From contig CAVTPA010000001.1 of NCBI GenBank assembly GCA_963736545.1, forward strand, positions 1,665,660 to 1,729,659: DNA of 64,000 nucleotides. Direction: 5' to 3'. The translations under genes and the position numbers were made by a program. This DNA is from an uncultured Chloroflexia bacterium. Its GTDB lineage: Bacteria > Chloroflexota > Limnocylindria > Limnocylindrales > CSP1-4. Of the stretch, positions 31,755 through 41,829 are shown in pieces; the first letter of the stretch is position 1, and every line of letters starts with the position of its first letter. A model generated the notes under the pieces. The model was given only the letters and a program-made list of their open reading frames with translations. It did no database searches and had not been told where the DNA came from.

Positions 31755-34049
31755 TCAGCCGTCAGCCGGGGACGACTCCTCGAGCACGTACCGCCGCAGC
31801 CACTCGACGATCCGCCTGAACCCGTCGCGGCGGTTCTCGCGGCGCTCCCAGCCGTGGCCCTCGTCGTCATACCAGTGGAGCTCGTGGTGCTTGCCCTCGA
31901 TCTCGAGCGCCTCGACCATCTTCTCGGTCATGAGCGGCACGACCCGCCGGTCCTTGCGTCCGTGGAGGATGAGCAGCGGGGCTTCGATCCGCTCGGCGCG
32001 GTAGAGCGGCGACCCGCGGCGGAAGAGCTCCGCCTTCGCCGGGTCGTCCGGGGAGCCCATCATCCGCTCGAGGTCGATCCTGCCCGGGCGGTCGCCGTGG
32101 CGGTAGCTCTCGGCGATCTCGCTGTCGCCGTAGAGGTCGATCCCGGCCGCCCACAGGCCCGGCTCCTCGACGAGCGCGCAGAGCGTCAGGTAGCCGCCGT
32201 ACGAGCCGCCGTACATCGCGAGCTTCCCGTTCGACCACGGCTGGTCGGCCGCCCAATGCGCGGCGTCGATCACGTCGTGGACGTCGGCGTGGCCCCACTC
32301 GTCGCGGTTCGCCCAGCGGAACTCGCGCCCGTACCCGGTCGAGCCGCGGAAGTCGACCGAGACGAAGGCGAAGCCCTCCTGGGCGAGCAGCTGGCGAAAC
32401 GGCTGGAAGTCGCGATAGCTCTGCCACGTCGGGCCGCCGTGGGCGTGCACGACGGTCGGGACCGTGCGCCCGCCGCGCTTGCCGGTCGCGGCCTGCGGCC
32501 GCCACACCGTGATCGGGATCGGCAGGCCGTCGCGGGCGCGGATCGTGACCCGCTCCGGCTCCACGAACCCGCGCACCGGCACGACCGCCGGGAGGGAGCG
32601 GGTGAGGCGGCGGGGCCGACCGGCGGGCTCGCCGGGGGCGGCGTCCGGCGCAGGAACCGGCAGGACCCAGAGGTCCTCGGGCTCGCGCTCCGACTCGCCC
32701 ACGGCCACGATCCCGCTTCCGTCCGGCAGCCAGCCGACGGCCAGCCAGACCCCGTCGGCAGGGTTGACGCGGACCCCTGACCCGACTGGAGGCGTGGCCG
32801 CCGGGTGCTTCGGCGGGCGCCCGGGTCGGCGCTTCACCGGTCCGGCGGCCGCAAGGGGGGCCACGACGAGGTCGACGAGCCCGTCGCGGACGACCGGGTG
32901 GACGAAACGGGTCCCGTCCGGCGAGGGCAGGGGCGCGAGGCCGAAGCCCCCGTTGTAGTCGCCGTGCTCGACCGGGCCCGCGGTGAGGATCGTCCGGCCG
33001 CCGCCATCGAGCGGCACGCGCACGACCTGGAACCAGCCGTCCCGGTCGGACGCCACGAGGAGGCCGCTGCCGTCCGGCAGCCAGCGCGGGCTCGTCTCCC
33101 AGGCGCCGGCCCCGGCGACGAGGCGCTCCTCGCCCGACGCGACGTCGAGGACGGCGACCTGGATCGACAGGAGGTCGGGGTCGCGCTGGGCGAGATAGGC
33201 GATGCGGGTCCCGTCGGGCGACCAGGCGAGGTCCTCCACGTCGATCCCGACGGGGGTGAGCGCGCGCGGCACGGGCGGCTTCGCGCTGGCCGGCGGTCGG
33301 CCGCGCCGCGGCAGCGGCGCGTCGACGAGCCAGGCCTGGGTCCAGCCGCGGCGGCGCGAGAGGAAGGCGATGCGTCGCCCGTCGGGCGCCCAGCGCGGGG
33401 TGCGGCTGCCCGCCGGGTGGTCGGTGACGACGGTCGGCCGGCTCCCGTCGGCCCCGACGATCCAGACGGTCTTCTCGCGGACGAAGGCGACCCACGCGCC
33501 GTCCGGCGACCACTGCGGATCGGAGACCGCGTGCTCGGATGCGGTGAGCTGGCGGGCCAGGCCCGAGCGGATGTCGAGGATCGCGATCTGCCTAACCCCG
33601 CCGGCCTCGGTCGTGTACGCGATGCGGCGCCCGTCGGGCGAGAGGCGCGGTTCGCGAGGAGAGTCAACCGCGACGATCTGCTCGATCGTCAGCCGGTCGC
33701 GGCGCGCGAGGGCGGGCGGGACGGGGCGTGCGCCGCGGCCGGGCGGGCGGCCGCGGCGGCGCGCGGGCGGGTTCGGCACGGGCTCCGCGCCGGAGGCAGC
33801 ACCCGCGTCGGCGGTGGGCGGGGCCGCGTCGGGCGGCGGCGCCTTGGGCCGGTTCTTCGAACCCGGAGGCCGGCCGCGCCGGCGCGGTGCCGGTGGCGGA
33901 GGCGAGGCGTCAGACACGGAGTCCTCGTCCGGCGCCGAAGGGCCGGGGTCGGGTGCCGCGGCCTCGAGCGCGCTGGCTGCGTTGGGGAGGAGCGCCTCCT
34001 CGGCGCTGTCGACGCCGCTGGCGTCGTCGGAGCGGGCGGAGCGTGACAT
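31755..34049 (-). CDS. S9-family serine peptidase (beta-propeller plus prolyl-oligopeptidase/acylaminoacyl-peptidase catalytic domain) with a disordered basic N-terminus
   Basis: TolB-like propeller repeats (SPDG..IAY/F), nucleophile GGSYGGYL, C-terminal D...H. ATG 34049. Confidence 0.85.
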   Translation of the reverse strand: MSRSARSDDASGVDSAEEALLPNAASALEAAAPDPGPSAPDEDSVSDASPPPPAPRRRGRPPGSKNRPKAPPPDAAPPTADAGAASGAEPVPNPPARRRGRPPGRGARPVPPALARRDRLTIEQIVAVDSPREPRLSPDGRRIAYTTEAGGVRQIAILDIRSGLARQLTASEHAVSDPQWSPDGAWVAFVREKTVWIVGADGSRPTVVTDHPAGSRTPRWAPDGRRIAFLSRRRGWTQAWLVDAPLPRRGRPPASAKPPVPRALTPVGIDVEDLAWSPDGTRIAYLAQRDPDLLSIQVAVLDVASGEERLVAGAGAWETSPRWLPDGSGLLVASDRDGWFQVVRVPLDGGGRTILTAGPVEHGDYNGGFGLAPLPSPDGTRFVHPVVRDGLVDLVVAPLAAAGPVKRRPGRPPKHPAATPPVGSGVRVNPADGVWLAVGWLPDGSGIVAVGESEREPEDLWVLPVPAPDAAPGEPAGRPRRLTRSLPAVVPVRGFVEPERVTIRARDGLPIPITVWRPQAATGKRGGRTVPTVVHAHGGPTWQSYRDFQPFRQLLAQEGFAFVSVDFRGSTGYGREFRWANRDEWGHADVHDVIDAAHWAADQPWSNGKLAMYGGSYGGYLTLCALVEEPGLWAAGIDLYGDSEIAESYRHGDRPGRIDLERMMGSPDDPAKAELFRRGSPLYRAERIEAPLLILHGRKDRRVVPLMTEKMVEALEIEGKHHELHWYDDEGHGWERRENRRDGFRRIVEWLRRYVLEESSPADG

Positions 34050-34057
34050 CGCCGGCG

Positions 34058-34942
34058 TTATACCACGCCGCGGAGAGCCGTCTCCCGCTCTCCCGGCAGC
34101 GGCGGCGGCTCGACGCGGATGAACGTTTCGCGCCCCATCCACGCCTCGAGCATCTCCCGCGGCGCCGCGGACCAGTCCTGGCGTATCTGGCTGGCGTGAC
34201 AGGCAAAGGCCGCCAGCTTGCGGTCGAGCACCGGTCTGACGTCGATCTCGGTCGTGAAGTCGTCGTCCGGGCGGGCGAGCTCGACGAACCGCTGCTGCTG
34301 GAGGAGGTCGTCCGCCGTCGGCTCCTTCGGCTCGGTCGCCTCGTCGCCGGCCAACGCGGCCCACTGGGCCTGCATCTCGCCCCACTGCGCGAGATCGCCG
34401 CGGGCAAGCGCCTGGTGGTAGAGCGTCGTCGGACCGCCGGGCTCCGCGGTCGCGCGTCGAAAGGCGGCCGTCGCGTGCGCCGAGATCGCGACGTGGTCGG
34501 GATGCCCGTAGATCCCGCCTGGGTCGAACGTCACGATCGTCGCCGGTCGGAGGTCGCGAACGATCGCGACGAGCCGGCCGACGACCTCCTCGGGGTCGGC
34601 GAGGGCGAGGCATCCCTCGGGCTTGGCCCAGCCCTCCATGCCCGAGTCCCCGTAGCCGAGGAAGATCGGTTCCGCAACGCCGAGCGCGGCCATCGCACAG
34701 CGGAGCTCGCCGCGGCGGAGGTCGGGGTCGAGCTCGCGGGCGCCGTCTTCCCCGCCGAGGTCGCCGTCGGTGGCGCAGACGATCCAGGTCGGCACTCCGG
34801 CGGTCGCGACGAGGGCCATCGTGCCACCGGCCCCGAACGTCTCGTCGTCGGGATGAGCGAAGATCGCCAGCAGGCCGCGGGGCTCGTTGGGAGTGGGGCC
34901 GTCCGCGGCGGTCGCCGGCACGGCGCGATCGACGCCGCTCAC
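34058..34942 (-). CDS. PIG-L (LmbE-like) family deacetylase
   Basis: AHPDDE motif (LLAIFAHPDDETFGAGG) and HPDH motif. Confidence 0.8.
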   Translation of the reverse strand: MSGVDRAVPATAADGPTPNEPRGLLAIFAHPDDETFGAGGTMALVATAGVPTWIVCATDGDLGGEDGARELDPDLRRGELRCAMAALGVAEPIFLGYGDSGMEGWAKPEGCLALADPEEVVGRLVAIVRDLRPATIVTFDPGGIYGHPDHVAISAHATAAFRRATAEPGGPTTLYHQALARGDLAQWGEMQAQWAALAGDEATEPKEPTADDLLQQQRFVELARPDDDFTTEIDVRPVLDRKLAAFACHASQIRQDWSAAPREMLEAWMGRETFIRVEPPPLPGERETALRGVV

Positions 34943-35802
34943 CGCTTCCGTGTGGGAGGCGGCGCCGACGCGGCCGCCTCGAGCTGGTCACCGAGCTCGA
35001 CCGTGCGGCGGTAGGCGGCCCAGACGGCCTCCGAGAGGACCGTCCGAAGGCGGCCCGATTCCAGCTCGTGGAGTGCGGCCGCGCTCGTCCCGCCGGGCGA
35101 CGTGACCATGTTGCGGAGCACCGCGGGATGGGCCCCCGACTGCTTGGCGAAGAGCGCGCTCCCCTCGAGCGTCTCGACGACGAGGTCGTGGGCGACGTGG
35201 CGCGGGAAGCCGAGGTGGACGGCCGCGTCGACGAGCGCCTCCATGACGAGGAAGACGTAGGTCGGCCCCGTGCCGGAGACCGCCGTCGCCATCGCCACGA
35301 ACTTCTCGTCGTCGACCTCGATCTCGGCGCCGAGCGAGGAGAGCAGCGCCTTCGCCTGGGCCCGATGCTCCGCGGTCGTCTCCGGCGTGGCGTACCAGAC
35401 GGTCATTCCGCGGCCCAGCTGGGCCGGCGTGTTCGGCATGCTGCGGACGAGCTCGCGGTGGCCGAGGAGCCCCTCGAGCGCGGTCGTCGTCGCGCCGGCG
35501 ATGACGCTCAGGACGAGCTGGCCGGGAACCAGGTGCGGGCCGATCTCGCGGCCCACGCGGGCGACCATCTGCGGCTTGACGGCCAGGATGATGACGTCGG
35601 CTCCCGTGGCCGCCTCGACGTTGCTGGCCGTGACCCGAATGCCGTGCTCCCGGGCCAGTTCGTCGCGGCGCTCCGGGCGCGGGTGGCTGGCGACGACCTG
35701 GTCGGGGGTGACGAGGTTGCCGCGGATCAGGCCGGCGATGATCGACTCGGCCATGACCCCGGTGCCGACGGTGGCGAGCGAGCGTCCGGCGAGGGGAGAC
35801 AT
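34939..35802 (-). CDS. proC: pyrroline-5-carboxylate reductase
   Basis: Rossmann N-terminus and P5CR dimerisation-domain motifs (SPGGTSAAALHELE). 4-nt overlap with the downstream gene. Confidence 0.9.
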   Translation of the reverse strand: MSPLAGRSLATVGTGVMAESIIAGLIRGNLVTPDQVVASHPRPERRDELAREHGIRVTASNVEAATGADVIILAVKPQMVARVGREIGPHLVPGQLVLSVIAGATTTALEGLLGHRELVRSMPNTPAQLGRGMTVWYATPETTAEHRAQAKALLSSLGAEIEVDDEKFVAMATAVSGTGPTYVFLVMEALVDAAVHLGFPRHVAHDLVVETLEGSALFAKQSGAHPAVLRNMVTSPGGTSAAALHELESGRLRTVLSEAVWAAYRRTVELGDQLEAAASAPPPTRKR

Positions 35803-35865
35803 GGCCGGGAGTGTATCCCACCAGTGCGTCGCGCCCGGTCGTGCGTCGCGCCCGGTCGGGCGCGT

Positions 35866-36825
35866 TCAGCCGGCCGTCGCCGTCACCAGGACGAAGAAGC
35901 GGCCGCTCGTCCTCACGTCGACCCCCGCGAAGCCGGCCTCGACCAGCGCCGCCGCCAGCTCGTCGGGCGCGTGGTGGACCTTCGGGATCGTGAACTCGCG
36001 GCCGTCGGCGAGCCGGCACCGCGAGAGGTCCGGTCCCGGCGGAGGCAACCGGTCGACCGGCTCCGACGCCGGATCCCCCAGTGCGTCGATCGCGGCGAAC
36101 CTCCCCCCGGGCCGCAGCCAGCCGCGGGCGATGACGAGAAACGCGCCGAGGCGCGACCGGGGGACGTGGCTCAGCCAGAAGCCCATGAAGAGGGCGTCCA
36201 CGGCGCGGTCGGGCGCGGTCCAGGCATCGCGCACGTGGAGGTGCGCGCGCAGGCGGTGCGCGAGCAGGCGGTCGCGCGCGCGGTCGAGCGGCGCGCCGGC
36301 CGCGTCGTACGCGTGCAGCTCGCCCTTTGTCGCCAGCAGCGCCGACCACCAGCCGGTGCCCGCCGCCAGCTCGACGATCTCGCCGCCCAGCGGCAGCCGG
36401 TCGAGCCACGTCGTCGTGGCGTCGAGCTCCATCTGCCAGGCGAGGTCGTGGACGGGGCCGTGGTCGTAGCGGCCCCGGCGGAGATACCAGTCGTCGTACT
36501 CCGCGGCGCGGGCCTCGTAGTACGGCACGAGCTCGTCCTCGTGGGTCGCGGACGCGGCGGGCACGCTCGCGATCGGCTCGAGCGCCGCCGCGCCGGCCCG
36601 GGCCTCCACGCCCGCCCCGGCCCGCGCCTCCAGGCCCGCCCGCAGGCGGAACCGCAGGAACGGGTTGTCGCCGGCCCGAGCGAGGCAGTCCGGGCAAAGG
36701 CGGGCCGCGGCCTCGAGGTCGTCGACGGCGCGCGGCTGCCACGATCGTCCGCACCACAGGCAGTCGAACGGTCGCGGCGCGCCTCGCTCCCCGCCATCCC
36801 CCGGCCCGGCGTCGGAGCGCGTCAC
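35866..36825 (-). CDS. zinc-ribbon + class I SAM-dependent methyltransferase
   Basis: CLWCG...CPDC followed by the motif I-like IVELAAGTGWWS. GTGA overlap with the upstream binding-protein gene. Confidence 0.7.
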   Translation of the reverse strand: MTRSDAGPGDGGERGAPRPFDCLWCGRSWQPRAVDDLEAAARLCPDCLARAGDNPFLRFRLRAGLEARAGAGVEARAGAAALEPIASVPAASATHEDELVPYYEARAAEYDDWYLRRGRYDHGPVHDLAWQMELDATTTWLDRLPLGGEIVELAAGTGWWSALLATKGELHAYDAAGAPLDRARDRLLAHRLRAHLHVRDAWTAPDRAVDALFMGFWLSHVPRSRLGAFLVIARGWLRPGGRFAAIDALGDPASEPVDRLPPPGPDLSRCRLADGREFTIPKVHHAPDELAAALVEAGFAGVDVRTSGRFFVLVTATAG

Positions 36826-37703
36826 TGGACCGGCACCCAGCTTCCCGGCGGCGCGAGGTCGACGAACGCCGCGGGGTCGAAGAGCTCCGCGAGGAGCTCG
36901 ATGCCCTCGACGACCCGGGGTCCCGGCCGATCGAAGTACGCCGACGCGTCGAGGGCGACGACCTGCCCGCGCCGAACCGCCTGGAGGTTCTCCCAGCCGG
37001 CCGGACGCGGGAAGGCCCGCCAGGCTGCGACGGCCTCCGCGAGGTGCATCCCGCGCGGCACGAGCAGGAGCATCTCGGGATCGAGGTCCTCGACCGCGTC
37101 CCACGTCGTCGGAGCGGGCGGGCGCCCATCGGCGCCGAGGACATCCCAGCCGCCGGCTCGGCGGACCTGCTCGGGAACCCAGAGCCCGGGGGCGACGAGC
37201 GGCTCGAGCCACTCGAGGGCGACGACGCGGGGCGAGTGGTGGCCCTGCTCGCGGCGCTCCTCCACCACCTCCTCGACGTCGGCCAGCCGCTCCCGCAGGA
37301 TCTCGACGAGGCCGACCGCCTCATCCTCGGCGTCCGTCATCGCCCCGACGGTGGCGATCGCGTGGAAGATCCCTTCGATGCTGGCCGGCTCGAGCACGAC
37401 GACCGTCGCGTCCGGGTCGATGGCGGTCCGCAGCGCCCGGTCGCGGGCGCCCGCGGCGCCCCGAGCCTCGGGCGGGGCCGAACCGGCGAGGACGAGGTCG
37501 GGCCGCAGCGTCGCCAGCTCGTCGAGGATGATCTCGACCGGCTCCGGCGCCCCGGTACCGCCGGCCGGCGGCCGCGTGACGATCGGGCGACCGACGACGC
37601 CGGCGGGGTGGTCGCAGGCGTGCGACACGCCGACGAGGTCGTCGGCGAGCCCGAGGGCCCAGACGATCTCGGTGGCGGCCGGGAGGAGCGAGACGATGCG
37701 CAC
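36822..37703 (-). CDS. periplasmic-binding-protein fold (BtuF/FecB-type ABC substrate-binding-like) with no signal peptide
   Basis: MRIVSLLPAATEIVWALGLADDLVGVSH.. is typical of PF01497-type proteins. No adjacent permease or ATPase. Confidence 0.7.
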   Translation of the reverse strand: MRIVSLLPAATEIVWALGLADDLVGVSHACDHPAGVVGRPIVTRPPAGGTGAPEPVEIILDELATLRPDLVLAGSAPPEARGAAGARDRALRTAIDPDATVVVLEPASIEGIFHAIATVGAMTDAEDEAVGLVEILRERLADVEEVVEERREQGHHSPRVVALEWLEPLVAPGLWVPEQVRRAGGWDVLGADGRPPAPTTWDAVEDLDPEMLLLVPRGMHLAEAVAAWRAFPRPAGWENLQAVRRGQVVALDASAYFDRPGPRVVEGIELLAELFDPAAFVDLAPPGSWVPVQ

Positions 37704-37803
37704 GGGGACCTCGCCGCCGAAGAGCCGAACGACCGGCCACCCGGTGCGGGGGCCGGTCGTCAGAAGGTGCGCGCCGCGCGCCCAGGGGAGGCGCCGGCGG
37801 GGT

Positions 37804-38091
<288 letters not shown>

Positions 38092-38269
38092 CTCTGGAGG
38101 TCCTCCGTACCAGCTCCTCGCGGCCCCGGGGCCGCCCCGTTCCCGGGCGGCAGGCGGCGCTGCCCGCCTCGGCGAGGGTACCACCTTCGATCGGGCGCGG
38201 CGGGCCGTCCGGGCAGCCACCGTGAGGCCGGCCCGGGGCGCGATCTCGGAGTATCCGATCTCGCGCCCC

Positions 38270-38815
38270 CTACGGCGCGACGGACGGCGCGCCCTCGAGC
38301 GGCACGCCGCCCGGCCCGACGAAACGGACGGCGCCGGCCATGCCTCGCTCCCAGTGGTCGGAGATGTGGCAGCCGAGCAACAGCTGCTCGCCCACGTCGT
38401 CGGGCACCTCGTACGTCACGGTCTCCGTCCCGCCCGAGCCGACGACCACCCGCAGCCCCGCGAGGGCCGGCGGTACCGCGACGACCGGCGTGGGCCCCGG
38501 CGGCGGGTTCGCGGCCTGCTCCTCGGCCGCCTCCCAGGCGTCCTGCACGGCCTGCGGCCCCAGGATGAGCTCGTGGATGTCGAGGCCGCCGTTAACCACG
38601 TTCAGCGTGACCGTCTCGCCGGGGACGAGGTCGACGATCCCCGGCACGAAGAGGTAGTCCTTCAGGATGACGTTGACCTGGCGCGGCGTCGCCTTCGTCC
38701 CGGGCGTGATTGCCGGGGTCGCCGGGACCGATGCGTCGCCGCAGGCCGCCGCGATGGCGGCGAGCGAGAGGGCGACGGCGGCGGGGAGCGCGCGGCGGAC
38801 GATCGAGCGGAGCAC
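38270..38815 (-). CDS. cupredoxin-fold lipoprotein (type-1 copper-site-like)
   Basis: Lipobox LAAIAAAC-G. Candidate ligands H (GLDIHEL) and C-x4-H-x4-M ([12 protein letters not shown]). GTG start without a clear Shine-Dalgarno. Confidence 0.6.
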   Translation of the reverse strand: MLRSIVRRALPAAVALSLAAIAAACGDASVPATPAITPGTKATPRQVNVILKDYLFVPGIVDLVPGETVTLNVVNGGLDIHELILGPQAVQDAWEAAEEQAANPPPGPTPVVAVPPALAGLRVVVGSGGTETVTYEVPDDVGEQLLLGCHISDHWERGMAGAVRFVGPGGVPLEGAPSVAP

Positions 38816-39180
38816 GCCCGGGAGTCTAGACGCGGGCGCCGTCGGGCGCCGTCGCGGGCGCCGCAGCTGATCCGCGTCCCTCGTCGCCGGCCGTGCCTCC
38901 TCCCCGGGTGAAGGCGCGGGCTGGGTGCCGCCGGTCGGCCGAGTTGCGTGCCACGCCATCCTTCCTGCGTGGCGAGCCCTCGATGACCGTGAGCGCTCCG
39001 CCACCGCGATAAACCGTGCGTGGCACGCGACGGAAGGCCGGGAGCGGGCTCGGGTTGCACCGCGGAACAGGAAGGATGGCGCCGCGCGCACTTCGGGCCC
39101 CGGGGCGAGCGTCGCGCGCACTTCGGGCCCCGCCCCGGGCGCCGAGATGCTGCCCCGGCGCTCGCCGGGATCGCTAGGAT

Positions 39181-39522
39181 GTGACGATGGACCCGAGCAT
39201 CGACCTCGACTCGGCCCGGACGCGCCTCCTCGACGAGCGTGCCCGCCTGCGCACGGAGCTCGGCGAGGAGATCGAGCCGCCGGGCCAGATGACGTACGGG
39301 TCGCAGGCTGCCGCCGCGGCGCAGGTCTTCGCCCAGCAGCGCGATCTCGCCTTCCGCGAGCAGGCCGAACGACGACTCCACGCGGTCGATCACGCGCTGG
39401 CCCGCCTCGACGCCGGGACGTACACGACCTGCGAGGCCTGCGGGGCCGCGATCTCGGCCGAGCGCCACGAGGTCGTCCCGTGGTCGGCCACGTGCGTCGA
39501 CTGCGGCCGGGCGCATCGCTGA
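39181..39522 (+). CDS. DksA/TraR-family C4 zinc-finger protein
   Basis: C-terminal CEACG...CVDCG. The start is either GTG 39181 or ATG 39187. Confidence 0.8.
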   Translation: MTMDPSIDLDSARTRLLDERARLRTELGEEIEPPGQMTYGSQAAAAAQVFAQQRDLAFREQAERRLHAVDHALARLDAGTYTTCEACGAAISAERHEVVPWSATCVDCGRAHR

Positions 39523-39529
39523 CGCTCGC

Positions 39530-40534
39530 GTGACCCGTCCCGACGCCGGGGAGCCGCTCGTCGGCCTCGACGCGATCCTCGCCGCGGCGGCGCGCCTTCG
39601 GGGCGTGGCCGCCCGGACGCCGCTCGTCGCGCTCGGCGACCCCGCGCGCGGCCACCTCCTCAAGGCCGAGTCGCTCCAGCCGATCGGCGCCTTCAAGATC
39701 CGGGGCGCGTACAACGCCGCGGCCCAGCTCGCGCCGGCAGAGCGGGCCCGCGGACTCATCACGTACTCCTCGGGGAACCACGCCCAGGGTGTCGCCCGCG
39801 CGGCTCGCCTCCTCGGCGTGCCCGCGGTCATCGTCATGCCGGAGAACGCCCCAGCGATCAAGCGCGCCCGCGTCCTCGCCGACGGCGCCGAGGTCGTCAC
39901 CGTCGGCAACGCCAGCGCCGAGCGCCAGGCGGTCGCGGAGCGGCTCGCCGCCGAGCGCGGCCTCGCGATGATCCCGCCGTACGACGACGACCGGATCATC
40001 GCCGGCCAGGGAACGTGCGGCCTCGAGATCGCCGAGGACCTGCCCGACCTCGCGGCGGTCCTGGTCCCGATCGGCGGCGGCGGGCTTGCCTCGGGCGTGG
40101 GCGCGGCCGTGAAGGCGCTCCGCCCGGCGGCGCGGGTCGTCGGCGTGGAACCGGAGCTGGCGGCCGACGCGCGGGAGTCGCTGGCCAGGGGCGAGATCGT
40201 CGAATGGTCCGCGGCCGACGTCTCGCGGACGATCGCCGACGGCACGCGGACGCAGGCCCTCGGGGTCCGGACGTTCGCCCACCTGCGGGCGCTCCTCGAC
40301 GACATCGTCACCGTGTCGGAAGAGGAGATCGCGGCGGCCGTCCGGATCGCGGCCGAGGAGGCGCGCCTCGTCGTCGAGCCGTCCGGCGCCCTGTCGATCG
40401 CCGCCCTCCGCTTCCGGGCGGCGGCAGCGGGCGTGGAGAGCGTGGACGGCCCGGTCGTCTGCGTCGTCTCCGGCGGCAACGTCGACCCGGTGCGCTACCT
40501 CGCCTACCTCGAGGCGCCCATCCCCTCGGCCTGA
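39530..40534 (+). CDS. PLP-dependent threonine/serine dehydratase
   Basis: PLP-lysine motif SLQPIGAFKIRGA and the GGGGL glycine loop. No regulatory ACT-like C-terminus. Confidence 0.85.
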   Translation: MTRPDAGEPLVGLDAILAAAARLRGVAARTPLVALGDPARGHLLKAESLQPIGAFKIRGAYNAAAQLAPAERARGLITYSSGNHAQGVARAARLLGVPAVIVMPENAPAIKRARVLADGAEVVTVGNASAERQAVAERLAAERGLAMIPPYDDDRIIAGQGTCGLEIAEDLPDLAAVLVPIGGGGLASGVGAAVKALRPAARVVGVEPELAADARESLARGEIVEWSAADVSRTIADGTRTQALGVRTFAHLRALLDDIVTVSEEEIAAAVRIAAEEARLVVEPSGALSIAALRFRAAAAGVESVDGPVVCVVSGGNVDPVRYLAYLEAPIPSA

Positions 40535-41616
40535 CCGTCGGCCGTCGACAGGGCCGGAGCAGGCGGGTCGTCGGCGTGCGCCTGGCGGGCCGCGCGCGCA
40601 TCCTCGGCTGCCTCGCGCCGTCGCGTTGACGCCTCCTCGGCCCGCATCCAGGCGGCGATCACGATGAAGATGGCCACGATGAACACCAGGTCGCCGATGC
40701 CCCACATGAGGGCGCCCGCGAGCTGCTGGTCCTCGAGCGGCGTCGGCGGCCAGGCGCGTCCGGTGGTCACGTAGTGCGGGTAGAGCACCGTGCCGGAGAA
40801 GAGGATGAGGACGCCGAGCAGCGACATGAGCGGCATCTGGAGGAACAGGTAGCCGATCCGCGCCGGATACGGCAGCCGCCAGGGGCTCGGGTCGCGCCCG
40901 ACGACCGGCCACCAGAAGAGCATCGAGGACGCGAGGTACAGCCCGTGCTCGAGATCGTGGACGAGGGCGTCCTCGAGCGCGGCGTCGAAGAGCGACGACA
41001 GGTGGCTGCCCCAGGTCACCGCCGTGAACAGGAGCCAGGCCACCAGCGGGTGGGCGACGACCTTCACGACCCGCGAGCGCAGCACCGGGAGGATCCAGCG
41101 GTTGCGGACGTCGGGCGTCGCGACACGCAGGAGCAGGGTGATCGGGGCGGCGAGGACGAGCGCCGGACCCGCCCCGAACACGATGAGGGTGTGCTGGACC
41201 ATGTGGACCGAGAACAGCTCCGTATCGTAGCGCTCGATCCCGGAGAGCAGGGCGACCGCGAGGCAGGCGAGACCGATGAGCCAGAAGACCGGGCGGTCGC
41301 GTGGCACGGGATTGGCGGGGTGGGCGGCGTCGACCCGGTGGACGGCCCACAGGTACGCCACCGCGGCGACGACGAGCCCGAGGACGACCTGGGGGTGGAA
41401 CGACCAGCCCAGGACGAAGATCGCGAGGTCGGGCGGTGGCGGCACCTCGCCGCCGTGGGCGAGGGCCGGGCCGGCCGCGGCGAGGGCGACGACCCCGAGC
41501 GCGGGCACCAGCGCGAGGACGCGGGTCGCGCGCGCGAAGCCGCTCGCCGCGGAGCGGCGCGGGGCGCGGCCGGGGGCCTGGCGCGGGGCGCGGCCGGGGG
41601 CTCGCAGGCGGATCAC
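40504..41616 (-). CDS. ctaG: cytochrome c oxidase assembly factor CtaG (caa3-type membrane family)
   Basis: Polytopic membrane protein with SVHMVQH and WWP motifs. Start is GTG 41616 or ATG 41700. Its 3' end overlaps the convergent dehydratase gene by 31 nt. Confidence 0.75.
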   Translation of the reverse strand: MIRLRAPGRAPRQAPGRAPRRSAASGFARATRVLALVPALGVVALAAAGPALAHGGEVPPPPDLAIFVLGWSFHPQVVLGLVVAAVAYLWAVHRVDAAHPANPVPRDRPVFWLIGLACLAVALLSGIERYDTELFSVHMVQHTLIVFGAGPALVLAAPITLLLRVATPDVRNRWILPVLRSRVVKVVAHPLVAWLLFTAVTWGSHLSSLFDAALEDALVHDLEHGLYLASSMLFWWPVVGRDPSPWRLPYPARIGYLFLQMPLMSLLGVLILFSGTVLYPHYVTTGRAWPPTPLEDQQLAGALMWGIGDLVFIVAIFIVIAAWMRAEEASTRRREAAEDARAARQAHADDPPAPALSTADGQAEGMGASR

Positions 41617-41829
41617 GGCGCCATTCTCGCGCGTCCGCCCCGAAGCGGCGCGCGTGCTCGGGCGCGCCTGCTGTTGCGCTCCCAGCAACGCCTGCGACAT
41701 ATGCGCACTCTTGCACGAGGTTCGGGTATCATGCGCGGGCTCTCGTCCGCAGCGTCCCGGCGGAGAGCGGCCAGGAGACGGCCGCCCGCGCGGGCGGAGC
41801 ACGGCAGCATGCACTGTCGAGGGAGGCAG

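Noticed and set aside
40504-40534. 31-nt overlap of the convergent 3' ends of the dehydratase and ctaG genes, as a possible antisense regulatory feature.
   Set aside because: Both C-termini are low-complexity tails in a stop-poor genome, and the overlap has no other supporting signal.
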